Below, one piece after another: positions 6,931 through 16,029 of a DNA stretch of 25,719 nt (position 1 is the first letter of the stretch; each line of letters starts with the position of its first letter). The position numbers were made by a program, and so were the translations under genes. Under the pieces are notes generated by a model. That model made no database searches. It was not told the DNA's origin and was given only the letters and a program-made list of their open reading frames with translations. Where the stretch lies: the NCBI GenBank assembly GCA_029258835.1, contig JAPDJY010000047.1:1-25719 (forward strand), given 5' to 3'. The stretch comes from Thermoproteota archaeon (GTDB lineage Archaea; Asgardarchaeota; Jordiarchaeia; Jordiarchaeales; Freyrarchaeaceae).

Positions 6931-8796
6931 GTGGGTGTAAGCTTGCCTGAAGGGTTAGGGTTCCCCTATGATTTCAGGGAGGGGCAGGAGGAGGCTTTAC
7001 GATTCATAGCCATGAACGCTGGGTGGAGGAACGTGTGCCTCAACGCGCCGACGGGGTTCGGTAAGACCGTTGTCATCCTCTCGGCGCTTCTCCCGAGAAG
7101 GGCGCCCATAATATGGGCTGTGAGGACTGGCAACGAGGCTGACAGGCCGGTGGAGGAGCTCAAGCTGTTCAATGAGCGGTGTGGATGCAATTTTTTCGGG
7201 TTCTCCTTTAGGGGGAAGAGGGACATGTGCCTCCTCGCCAGGGAGATGGAGGTTAGGGATCCGGACGCAGTATCTTACCTTTGCAGGGTTAAGAAGGGAA
7301 AGGGGGAGTGCCGCTACTATGAGAACCTTAAATGGTTTGACACCGAGCCAATGGCCGAGAAACCCTTAATCTACGCGGAGGTCATGGAGGCTTGCTCTCG
7401 TGAGGAGGTTTGCCCCTACTACGCCCAGCAGAGGCTCCTCCCCCTCGCAGACCTCGTCGCGTTAAGCTACAACTACATCGTAAATGAGGAGATGAGCTGG
7501 ACGATAAGGAGTAGGCTTCCATTCGAACGCTGCTTCCTAGTCGTTGACGAGGCGCATAACCTGAGGCTGGCTGGAAGCATAAACTCTGACGAGGTAACAA
7601 TGGGAACCCTTCAGAGGGCGGTTAGAGAGCTTGAGGAGCTAGGGACGAGAACGGCTAACCAGGTTAAAGGGGTGGTCGAGGATGTTGTTGAAGAGGCTGA
7701 GAGGCTCCACCTTGAAATGAGGAGGAGAGGGGTGGAGGAGGAGGAAGTGGACATCTTCAGGTTCCTGAATGCTTGCCTCGACCACCTGGACTCCATGAGG
7801 AGGCTTGGGCGAAGAGTTAGAGCCGTACGGTTGGCTGAGGGGAAGGCTCCACGCTCATCCCTCCACCACCTTGCAGAGTTCCTCGTGGAATCGTTAAGGT
7901 ACGTTGACGAGCGTGGAGTAGCCTTCATAGCCACGGCTAAAGGCGGGTTCAGGGTTGAGAGGTGGGACATGAGGAGCGCCGAGTTGTTAAGGGGGAGGTG
8001 GCGTGGGTTTGCGGGGTGCGTGTTCTGCTCTGGGACGCTGAGGCCGCTGGACGCCTTCGCCGAGACGATAGGGCTGGACAACTGGGTTGGAGGAGAGTTT
8101 AAGGCTAAGCTGGGTTCCTGTGAAACGTTGATCATAAGGGGTGTCAGCACGAGGGGAGAGGAGTTGAGCAGGATGGAGGTGGAGAAGTACCTTAAGCTAC
8201 TAGACTCATTCCTCAACTTGGAGGCGAACGTGGCGGTCTTCTCGGCGAGTTACAGGGTTCAGGGAAGCCTCCTCCCGGGGATTAGAAGGCTGGCTGAGGA
8301 GAAGGGGAGAAACGTTTACGTGGAGGAGCAGGGTATGAGCGGAGGCGAGGGGAGGCGCCTCTTAGACGGGTTCAAAAGGGACCGGCGCGGGGTGCTCGTG
8401 GCAACCATGACCGGGAGGTTTGCCGAGGGGGCAGACTTCCCCGGCAGGGAGCTGGAAGCGGTCTTCCTAGCAGGGATACCGTTTGAAAGGATGACGCTCA
8501 AAACCAGACTGTACTTGAAGTATTATGGGGAGCTCTACGGGGAGGAGAAAGGGAGATACTACGCATACATAGTCCCAGCTCTCCTACGTGCATCCCAATC
8601 CCTAGGAAGGGCGATAAGGTCTGAGGGGGACAGAGCCCTCTTCATCTTGGCAGACGAGAGGTACGAGGAGAGAACGTACTTTAAGCTTCTACCAGACTAC
8701 GTGAAGGAAAACGTTGGAGCGGTGAACCTTGAGGATGCTGAGGAGGCGATGGAGAATGCATGGGTGAGGCTGGGGTTGAAAGGCTTTAGAAGATGA
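6931..8796 (+). CDS. xpd: XPD/Rad3/DinG-family Fe-S 5'-3' DNA helicase
   Basis: Q motif (FREGQ), APTGFGKT, Fe-S cysteines (DMC, YLC, ECRY, CPYY), VDEAHNL, SGTL, EGADF, QSLGRAIRSEGD. Confidence 0.93.
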   Translation: MGVSLPEGLGFPYDFREGQEEALRFIAMNAGWRNVCLNAPTGFGKTVVILSALLPRRAPIIWAVRTGNEADRPVEELKLFNERCGCNFFGFSFRGKRDMCLLAREMEVRDPDAVSYLCRVKKGKGECRYYENLKWFDTEPMAEKPLIYAEVMEACSREEVCPYYAQQRLLPLADLVALSYNYIVNEEMSWTIRSRLPFERCFLVVDEAHNLRLAGSINSDEVTMGTLQRAVRELEELGTRTANQVKGVVEDVVEEAERLHLEMRRRGVEEEEVDIFRFLNACLDHLDSMRRLGRRVRAVRLAEGKAPRSSLHHLAEFLVESLRYVDERGVAFIATAKGGFRVERWDMRSAELLRGRWRGFAGCVFCSGTLRPLDAFAETIGLDNWVGGEFKAKLGSCETLIIRGVSTRGEELSRMEVEKYLKLLDSFLNLEANVAVFSASYRVQGSLLPGIRRLAEEKGRNVYVEEQGMSGGEGRRLLDGFKRDRRGVLVATMTGRFAEGADFPGRELEAVFLAGIPFERMTLKTRLYLKYYGELYGEEKGRYYAYIVPALLRASQSLGRAIRSEGDRALFILADERYEERTYFKLLPDYVKENVGAVNLEDAEEAMENAWVRLGLKGFRR

Positions 8797-8830
8797 TATG
8801 AAGCTCTCGTGGACAGGCCTGCCGGGATGC

Positions 8831-9256
8831 TTACGTGCTCCACCCCACTCTTCTCCCAACCCTTTCAAGGTATTCTCTCAGGGATTCCATGAGGCGCATT
8901 ATCCCCCTGAAGGCTTCGCGGTCTGACAGGCTGTCGTACTCGTGAATGATCAGGTTGCTGAGGAGGACTGCCTCCTTTAGCGCCCCCTCGGTGGTCTCCG
9001 TAATTAAGTCTTCCCCCCTCAGCAGTTCGATGTTAGCGTAGTCGTCCTCGGAGCTCCCCCCTGGGCGACCTGTAACCGCTGACGCCAGCTCCATGCAGGC
9101 ATCTACAACCTCCTGGAAGGCCTTGTAGACTGCAAGTTTAGTCGTCCTGTCCGGGTGCTCGGGCGGCTCTCCGGGGGTGAGCTCCCTTATAAGCTCCATG
9201 TTTTCCCTTGCAAGGCGGATCTTCCGGGCGACGCGCTTCCCGTCCTCGTCCCTCAT
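8831..9256 (-). CDS. HepT-like/DUF86 HEPN-domain protein with degenerate catalytic motif
   Basis: AVYKAFQEVVDACMELAS...EDDYANIELL...LSNLIIHEYDSL matches DUF86, but the R of R-x4-H(-x-Y) is Ser. ATG at 9256 follows GGAGGGTG. Confidence 0.8.
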   Translation of the reverse strand: MRDEDGKRVARKIRLARENMELIRELTPGEPPEHPDRTTKLAVYKAFQEVVDACMELASAVTGRPGGSSEDDYANIELLRGEDLITETTEGALKEAVLLSNLIIHEYDSLSDREAFRGIMRLMESLREYLERVGRRVGWST

Positions 9257-9329
9257 GTTCACCCTCCTTTTAACATTATTACGCCTTCGGGCTTAATATC
9301 CTTTAGCTTGATGGTGTCCGGCCTTCCCT

Positions 9330-9356
9330 CAGTAATACTTTTCAGTAATACTTTTC
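9330..9356. promoter_or_regulatory. Tandem 13-bp repeat CAGTAATACTTTT x2, candidate operator in the HEPN/chelatase divergent promoter
   Basis: Copies at 9330-9342 and 9343-9355, each with the quasi-palindrome AGTAATACT, immediately upstream of the BRE/TATA-like GAAAAATTTAATAA. Confidence 0.45.
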
Positions 9357-9406
9357 TAGAAAAATTTAATAATTTGGAGAGGGAGGATGGTTACAGGTGA
9401 TATGGA

Positions 9407-12400
9407 ATGGTTAAGGTTGTGATGGTGGGTTACCAGCTGCGTTCGAGCCTTGTCTCCGCCGCCGAAAAGGTGAGGGACGAAGTAGGGGATTTCACATTCA
9501 AGTTCTTCAAGGCGTACGATGTGGATAGGGGAGCCGTTCATCCCGAGGAGTACGTTGAGGAGTTAAGGTCGGCGGACGTAGCCCTGATAGACCTCAGGGG
9601 GGGCGACAGGGCCGTCCCGCTCACGGTCCAAGCCCTAAAGGAAGGGAAGAACACCGTCGTATGCCTTGTGGGGGGCTCACCAGACCTAATCAAGCTCACA
9701 CGCATGGGAAGCTTCTCGTTTTCAAGGATAGCGGCCATGAGGGAGAACCCCCTCTTGAAGGGGCTCTTCAAGGGTGAGCCCGACTACGGGCAGATAAGGA
9801 GGATGCAGGAGAGGTTTGAGAAGCTTGGCAAGACGATCCCCTTAGGACCCCTAAAGCATGTGAGGAACTTCGCTTTAACGCTGAAGTACTATGACAACCC
9901 ATCGGAGAAGAACTACTATAACATGCTCCTCTTCCTGTTAAGGGAGTACTGCGGAGTTAAGGCTAGGGCTCCAGCACCGCCGGAAACCATGCCTGACGTC
10001 GCGCTTCAAAACCTCTCAACGGGGAAAGTTTACACAACGCTTGAAGAGTACCTTTCAGAGTATCCCTACGCTGACAGAAGGCTCGTGGGCATATACCACT
10101 ATGGAGGCTACCACTACGACCAGACGCTCCCCGCAGCTAGGATGCTAGCCGAGAAGCTTGAAGCCAAGGGATTAGGAGTCGTGCCACTGTTCTCCTCAGA
10201 CTTAAGGTACCATCTCGGGGTTGAACGGTTCTTCTTCAGGAACGGGAAGCCCATAGTCGACTGCGTGGTGGATCTCCTCTGGTTCAGGCTTGCAGGCGGC
10301 CCGATAGGAGGAGACCACAGGGAGACGCTTCAAGTCCTCTCTAGGCTTGGAGTCCCTTTTCTCCACGGAGTCCTGCTCTCATCTAGAACCGTTGAGGAAT
10401 GGTGGGATTCAAGGGATGGAGTTCCACCGGTAGAAACGGTTACAACGGTTATACTGCCCGAGCTGGACGGCAGGTGTGAGTCGACAGTCGCTATAGGTCC
10501 AACTAGGAAGAGTTTTAGGGGAGTTGACGTCGATGAGTACGTCCCAGTGGAGGACAGGGTGGAAAGGATTGCCGAGAGGGCTGCAAGGTGGGTTAACCTT
10601 AGAGCTAAGCCGAACAGCGAGAAAAGGGTTGCGGTGATACTATACGATTACCCTCCCGGGGAGGAGAACCTCGGCAAGGCGTCATACCTAGACACGTTGG
10701 AGAGCACCGCCCGCCTCCTCAAGGAGATGGCTGAGAGAGGCTTCAGGGTGGATGCCGTGGAGAGCGGGGAGGAGGTTAAAAGGCTCTTATTGGAGGGAGG
10801 TGCCGTCAATTCCGGTGAGTGGGTTCTCACGCCTGAGAGAGCGGAGAGGATGCTCAAGGTGTCGGTGGAAGAGTATACAAGGTGGATCTCTGATCTCCCC
10901 GAGGATGCGAGGAAGAGCCTCACGGAGAGCTGGGGGAGCCCTCCGGGGGGCATCATGGTTCACGAAGGGAAGATACTGATCCCGGGAGTCGTGCTTGGAA
11001 ACGTTTTCGTGGGGATTCAGCCGTCGCGAGGGGTGCACGAGGACCCAAGTAAACACTACCATGGCAGGGACTTGCCCCCGCACCATCAGTACGTCGCATT
11101 CTACTACTGGCTCAGGAACGTGTTCAAGGCAGACGTGGTCGTCCACATGGGAACCCATGGAACCTTAGAGTTTCTGCCCGGAAAGGATGTTGGGCTTTCA
11201 AGCCGCTGCTTCCCAGACGTGCTGATAGCCGACCTCCCCAACGTATACGTGTACGACGTGGTGAACGCCTCCGAGGCATCCATAGCTAAGAGGAGAAGCT
11301 ACGCCATGATAGTTAATCACGGCATTCCGCCGGTTGCCGGCAGCGGGCTGCACGGCGAGTTCTCGGAGCTTGAAAGGCTAATCCTCCAGTACTTCGACGC
11401 CGCCCAGTTTGGAGGGGAGAGGGCTGAGGAGGCGGAGAGGAGGGTGCTCGAGAAAGCCGCGGAGTATGGGCTCAACGGGGGCGTTGAAGAGATATATGAC
11501 GTGATAATGGAGTATAAGCGGAGCCTTATCCCGAGGGGGCTGCACGTTTTAGGGGGGAAGATGGGGTTGGACGAGAAGCTGGATTACCTCACCTACGTTG
11601 CACGGTATGATAGAGGCATTGTTAGGAGCATGCACCGGGTTCTGATGGAGGCTAAGGGGTTAAGCTATGATGAGGCGCTGGAGAAGCCGCACCGCAGGGT
11701 TAACGGTGAAACCTATGCCGAGGTGCTTGAAAGGGTTGAGGGAGAGGTGAGGGACATCATTAGGCGGTGCGTGCTTGGGGGGGAGAAGCCTCCTAAGGGG
11801 TTGAAGGGTGAAGTGGATTACCTTAGGAAGCTGGCATCCTGCGTTGAAGGGTCGAGGGAGCTTGAGGCGGTGATCGACGCTTTGGAGGGGCGATACGTTG
11901 AGCCCGGGCCGGGAGGGGATCCCGTCAGAACACCGGGAGTTTACCCTACCGGGAGGAACACTTACCAGCTTGACCCCGCCAACATACCGTCAGAGGTTGC
12001 CTGGGAGAGGGGGGTTAAAATAGCCGAGGAGTATGTGTCAAACTATTATAAGAAGCATGGAAGGTGGCCTAGGGTTGTCAGCGTCGTCCTGTGGGCGTTT
12101 GAGACGATGAAGACTGGTGGTGAAACGATAGCTGCTGTCTTCAGGCTTCTCGGCGTTAAACCCGTCTGGAAGAGCATCTACGTCAGGGATGTTGAAGTGA
12201 TCCCCCTTGAGGAGCTTGGAAGGCCGAGGATAGACGTCGTCGTGACCATCTGTGGAATATTTAGGGATACGTTCTACAACATGGTTGAGCTGCTAGACCA
12301 GGCGTTTAGGAAGGTTGCGTCGCTTAACGAGGATGAAGAGCAAAATTTCGTTAAGGCCAACTCGGGTGCGGGGTTCTACAGGATCTTCGGGCCACCCGAG

Positions 12401-13090
12401 GGGGAGTACGCCACCACCATGACTACGCTCGTCGAGTCCTCTTCCTGGGGGAGCGAGGCGGACCTTGTGAGGGCCTACATGGAGAGCATGAGGTACGCTT
12501 ACGGAAGCGGTTTCAGGAGCGTTAAGGCCGAGGAAGAGTTTAGAAGGCTTCTCTCGATGGTGGACGTGGTGGCTCAGGTGAGAGACACCGTGAACTACGA
12601 GGTAACAGACCTGGACCATTACTACGAGTTTCTGGGCGGGCTCGCCAGGTCCGTTGAGGACGTTAAGGGGGAAAAGCCCCTAGTCCTGGTTGCTGACACC
12701 ACGAGGGAGAGGGTGAAGGTTGAGGATGCCGCCTCGGCGATAAGGCGCGGGGTCGTAACCAGGCTTACGAATCCCAAGTGGCTTGACTCCATGCTTGAAA
12801 GCGGGTACAATGGAGCCGCCAAGATAGCGGACAGGGTGGAGTACCTCTTAGGGTTGGCTGCGACTGTGGGAGGCGTGGAGGACTGGATGTGGAACCTTGC
12901 AGCCCAGAACATAGTTTTTGACGAGGAGAGGAAGGAGAGGATGAAGGCGGAGAACCCATGGGCTTTCATGAAAACCATTAGCCGCCTCCTAGAAGCGAAC
13001 AAGAGAGGATATTGGAAAGCAGAGAAAGAAACCATTGAGCGCTTAGAGGAGGAATACATGGCAACCGAGCTGATTCTGGAGGGAGACTAG
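9407..13090 (+). CDS. cobN: CobN/BchH(ChlH)-family metal chelatase large subunit
   Basis: 1227 aa; LPELDG, YDYPPG, QPSRG, PPHHQYVAFY, HMGTHGTLEFLPGK, AKRRS, PGPGGDPVR, PTGRN, RPRIDV, CGIFRD, NPKW, LLEAxxRGYW. Metal specificity (Co vs Mg vs other) cannot be called by eye. Confidence 0.92.
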   Translation: MVKVVMVGYQLRSSLVSAAEKVRDEVGDFTFKFFKAYDVDRGAVHPEEYVEELRSADVALIDLRGGDRAVPLTVQALKEGKNTVVCLVGGSPDLIKLTRMGSFSFSRIAAMRENPLLKGLFKGEPDYGQIRRMQERFEKLGKTIPLGPLKHVRNFALTLKYYDNPSEKNYYNMLLFLLREYCGVKARAPAPPETMPDVALQNLSTGKVYTTLEEYLSEYPYADRRLVGIYHYGGYHYDQTLPAARMLAEKLEAKGLGVVPLFSSDLRYHLGVERFFFRNGKPIVDCVVDLLWFRLAGGPIGGDHRETLQVLSRLGVPFLHGVLLSSRTVEEWWDSRDGVPPVETVTTVILPELDGRCESTVAIGPTRKSFRGVDVDEYVPVEDRVERIAERAARWVNLRAKPNSEKRVAVILYDYPPGEENLGKASYLDTLESTARLLKEMAERGFRVDAVESGEEVKRLLLEGGAVNSGEWVLTPERAERMLKVSVEEYTRWISDLPEDARKSLTESWGSPPGGIMVHEGKILIPGVVLGNVFVGIQPSRGVHEDPSKHYHGRDLPPHHQYVAFYYWLRNVFKADVVVHMGTHGTLEFLPGKDVGLSSRCFPDVLIADLPNVYVYDVVNASEASIAKRRSYAMIVNHGIPPVAGSGLHGEFSELERLILQYFDAAQFGGERAEEAERRVLEKAAEYGLNGGVEEIYDVIMEYKRSLIPRGLHVLGGKMGLDEKLDYLTYVARYDRGIVRSMHRVLMEAKGLSYDEALEKPHRRVNGETYAEVLERVEGEVRDIIRRCVLGGEKPPKGLKGEVDYLRKLASCVEGSRELEAVIDALEGRYVEPGPGGDPVRTPGVYPTGRNTYQLDPANIPSEVAWERGVKIAEEYVSNYYKKHGRWPRVVSVVLWAFETMKTGGETIAAVFRLLGVKPVWKSIYVRDVEVIPLEELGRPRIDVVVTICGIFRDTFYNMVELLDQAFRKVASLNEDEEQNFVKANSGAGFYRIFGPPEGEYATTMTTLVESSSWGSEADLVRAYMESMRYAYGSGFRSVKAEEEFRRLLSMVDVVAQVRDTVNYEVTDLDHYYEFLGGLARSVEDVKGEKPLVLVADTTRERVKVEDAASAIRRGVVTRLTNPKWLDSMLESGYNGAAKIADRVEYLLGLAATVGGVEDWMWNLAAQNIVFDEERKERMKAENPWAFMKTISRLLEANKRGYWKAEKETIERLEEEYMATELILEGD

Positions 13091-13152
13091 CTGCAGACCA
13101 CCCGTCCTTCCATCTTCCGCATGGCGTCGCCTACAGCGCCTCCCGGGCGGCG

Positions 13153-13569
13153 TCACGTTGACTTCAGGAAGAGGTATGTTGCTAGCGCCTTGGCCGCCAG
13201 CTTCCCCTCGTTTACCACGTCCACTTCGCATACGCCAATCGTTCTCCCCCTATGGACGACTTTACCCTTCGCTAACACTTCTCCCCCCTTAACAGGGGAG
13301 GTAAAGTTTACCTTTAGTTCAACCGTTGTTACCAGTTCTCCGGAGTTAGCTAGGGTGAAAAGCGCTATGGCTCCGGCGGCGTCGGCTATCGACGCGAGAG
13401 CACCCCCGTGGACGGCTCCCTGAGGCTGAAAGTGCTTCTCCTCAACGTTCATTTTTAACGTTGCTCTACCATCACCAGCCTCTACGATCCTCATTCCGAG
13501 AAGCCTATAGTAGGGTATTTCTTCAGAGAGCTTACTTAAGAACTCGTCTACCCCCACTCTAACCACCAT
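13153..13569 (-). CDS. PaaI-family hotdog thioesterase
   Basis: QPQGAVHGGALASIADAA, TVELKVNF, VVHRGRTIGV. Confidence 0.92.
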   Translation of the reverse strand: MVVRVGVDEFLSKLSEEIPYYRLLGMRIVEAGDGRATLKMNVEEKHFQPQGAVHGGALASIADAAGAIALFTLANSGELVTTVELKVNFTSPVKGGEVLAKGKVVHRGRTIGVCEVDVVNEGKLAAKALATYLFLKST

Positions 13570-13658
13570 GAAACCACAAGAGGTTAAAAGAGATAAATCT
13601 TCCCTTTTGAAAAAGGGGGGATCGGCTCCTCCGAGAAAGGGGTTTAACCCAAGGAACT

Positions 13659-14075
13659 TTAAGTTGTTCTCTGGCGGAGGCTGCCCCGCGTGTCCGACAC
13701 GCCTGTCTTCCTTTTTACTACTTCAGCCACCTCGAGAAATATCCTCTTTAGGGTCTCCTTGTCGCCTTCCCTGATGGCTTCTAGAAGGGTGACTCCCCGC
13801 TCCTCCACCCCGTACCTTGAGAACACGTTGGAGAACAGCATTGCGAGGAACGAGTCCGCCGCCTCCCCCATGAGGGATGAAAGCGCATCATACACTCTTC
13901 TCGGGTTTTCCAAAAGGAAGAGAAGGAACTCCCTGTAGTTTTTAACGTTGAGCTCCTTTCTTATCTTCTCCATTAGCTTGGAGACAGGTACGTCTTCCTT
14001 AAGGGTTTCCCTTATCCTAGCCTCCACCCTTTCTGAAATTACCCTAACAGCTTCATCCAGATCCAACCTGCTCAC
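13659..14075 (-). CDS. Archaeal helical hypothetical protein (DUF3227-like)
   Basis: 138-aa ORF with host codon usage. LENPRRVYDALSSLMG-A resembles DUF3227-type small archaeal proteins; family call is weak. Confidence 0.6.
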   Translation of the reverse strand: MSRLDLDEAVRVISERVEARIRETLKEDVPVSKLMEKIRKELNVKNYREFLLFLLENPRRVYDALSSLMGEAADSFLAMLFSNVFSRYGVEERGVTLLEAIREGDKETLKRIFLEVAEVVKRKTGVSDTRGSLRQRTT

Positions 14076-14148
14076 CGCTTAAACTTTTATGTCTTCAAGC
14101 TTTAAAAAACATCCTTCAAGAAAAAGCAATGCTAAACTAATGCTAAGT

Positions 14149-14403
14149 TCATAGTTTAACTGTGTACTTCATTATTTCCTTAATGAACGGCTCCTCCTTA
14201 ATCCCCTCAAATTCCTCCTTCGTGTAAGCTAACGGTTTTAATGGGAGGCTGATCATTTTCCAATCATCCACATTCAACGAAGCGCTCTTTAAATTCTTTA
14301 TTAAATCGATGCCGCTTCCTTCATGTACCTCACCCTCAAACGAGCCGAAAAGGTATTCACAGTTGAACTTCTTTTAAGCTTCTCAACAAAACTTTCTACT
14401 TTA
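14149..14403 (-). pseudogene. Decayed minimal nucleotidyltransferase (MNT) gene
   Basis: Not in the ORF track. Frames read KVESFVEKLKR / YLFGSFEGEVHEGSGIDLI / LPLKPLAYTKEEFEGIKEEPFIKEIMKYTVKL*, matching the MNT pattern LFGS..G....SDIDL and its C-terminal YTxEEF...PFIKE motif. Confidence 0.75.
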
Positions 14404-14410
14404 AAGTGGT

Positions 14411-14695
14411 TCATCCTTGAATCTTTACTTGTATTGCGCCTTCAGGGCATACTTCAACGCATTTAAGGCAGCTGGGACAGTACTTATCGGCTTGACTCCT
14501 AAACGTCATGTATATTTCATACTTTACCGGAGACCCGTCTGGCCCCTTCTCCTTTGTCGGCCTGAACATTAGGAGTGATTTAGGGCATGCTTCGATGCAT
14601 TTAAGGCAGCGTGTTGGGCGCCTCTGCTCAGGGTCGTAGGGTAAAAAGCATTTCTTGCCGTCATAAATGAACTTAACCTTCCCCAAGTCTACCAC
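14411..14695 (-). CDS. Small 2[4Fe-4S]-type ferredoxin-like protein
   Basis: C...CLKCIEACP and CPSCLKCVEVCP; overlaps the upstream gene by 7 nt. Confidence 0.85.
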   Translation of the reverse strand: MVDLGKVKFIYDGKKCFLPYDPEQRRPTRCLKCIEACPKSLLMFRPTKEKGPDGSPVKYEIYMTFRSQADKYCPSCLKCVEVCPEGAIQVKIQG

Positions 14696-15546
14696 AACCT
14701 TTGAGCTATTGGATGCGTGTTCCTATCTACGAGCCTTATGGCGTCCTCTTCGCATCCGAACCTGCATTGGCCGCAGCCGAAGCACTTGTAGGGGTCTATG
14801 GCAGCCTTCCCGTCCCTTATTTTGATCGCCCCGAACTGGCATCTTGAAACGCAGTTGCCGCATCTCGGTATGTCCCCGCTGCACTTGTCAGGGTCTACTT
14901 CAGCCACGTACTCGGATTTCCTGTAAGCGTTCTTAATGTCGTACCATAGGCGTGGGCGGGCAGCATAACAGTACTTAGTGTCACAGTTGCATATGCATAT
15001 GACTTGGGGTGCTCCACACCACCAGAACACAGCGTGAACGTATCCCTTCTCCGCGAACTCGCGGAGCTTCTCCTTCGCCTCCTCTGTTTCAAGCTCCTTA
15101 ACGCGCCATCCCCGAGGGTGCTTTTCGGCGAACTCTGGTGCAGGGGTGAAGTTCAAGCACTTGTACTCGTCTTCTCCCTTGAAAAGCCTCTTACACATGC
15201 ACGGGAAAAGGGCTTGGGACTCGCTGAGCTCAACTATCTTATAGGCGTCTTCTAAGGGGACCACCTGGCCTGCATGACCCCTGACGGCTATCATGTTGCC
15301 GATGATCTTGATTATTCTTCCTATGAAAGGTTTCGCGGCCAAGTCGACTAGGTCGAGAGTTTTCGATATTGAAAGGGGGTACCATGCAGCGTCTGATACC
15401 TCCCACAGCTCCCTTACCTTCCGAGGCTGCCTATGAAGGATCCTGTCGAAGATTGAGAGCTTACGGAAGAACTCCTCAGAGTAGCCTTTAGGGTTAAGGT
15501 ACCACTTACCGTACTCTTCAGCGTGCTTCCTGCAGAACTCGCACAA
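14689..15546 (-). CDS. Cys-rich protein with C-terminal 4Fe-4S dicluster domain
   Basis: Likely TTG start at 15546 (MCEFCRKH...KWYLN) after GGAGGG; CMCK, G-VH, ICICNCDTKYC, CGNCVSRCQF, CFGCGQCRFGC. Confidence 0.88.
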   Translation of the reverse strand: MCEFCRKHAEEYGKWYLNPKGYSEEFFRKLSIFDRILHRQPRKVRELWEVSDAAWYPLSISKTLDLVDLAAKPFIGRIIKIIGNMIAVRGHAGQVVPLEDAYKIVELSESQALFPCMCKRLFKGEDEYKCLNFTPAPEFAEKHPRGWRVKELETEEAKEKLREFAEKGYVHAVFWWCGAPQVICICNCDTKYCYAARPRLWYDIKNAYRKSEYVAEVDPDKCSGDIPRCGNCVSRCQFGAIKIRDGKAAIDPYKCFGCGQCRFGCEEDAIRLVDRNTHPIAQRLW

Positions 15547-15619
15547 TGCGGCTCCCTCCAAAAAGTTTTGGGGAAGCGCCGATAAAAGGGTTTTCCTTCA
15601 TGTGGATAATTAAGAGGCG

Positions 15620-15800
15620 AATCTTTGGGGTCCTCCGCTCCCTGAGGCGCTCGGCTTCCTCCACCAGCTTTCCCGGGAGCGCCTTGCCATTCCACGCTGA
15701 GAAGCTTCCAAAGCAGCCTTACAGCTTCATCATAGCAACAATTCAAAGCGCCTCCTTGACCTTGCCGAGCTCGGAGAGAACAAAACCTTACCTGTTTATT
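15620..15800 (-). pseudogene. Decayed TPR-repeat gene fragment
   Basis: GFVLSELGKVKEAL (15746-15787) / CYDEAVRL (15714-15737) / AWNGKAL follow the TPR consensus, broken by stops and shifts. Extent is approximate. Confidence 0.6.
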
Positions 15801-16029
15801 GCTTCAAGGTTTCACCCCTACCAACCCTATAACCTATAGTTCACCCTTTGAACCCTAGGGAGAGGAGCTCCTCCTGTGGCCGATAGGCATCTTCAGCCTT
15901 CCCCGGCACTGTTAAGTCCCAACCAGAACCCTTAGGATTGCTGCTTTAAAATGATTAAAAGCGTTGTTTTAACAAAATTTGCCACTTTTCAATGTTCGCA
16001 GCGTTCAAGCATTTAGATTAGATTTAGAT

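Noticed and set aside
7611-8216. Long antisense ORFs inside xpd (and similar ones inside cobN, acdA, DUF362 and the radical SAM gene)
   Set aside because: Ser/Leu/Pro-rich shadows of well-supported genes on the opposite strand.
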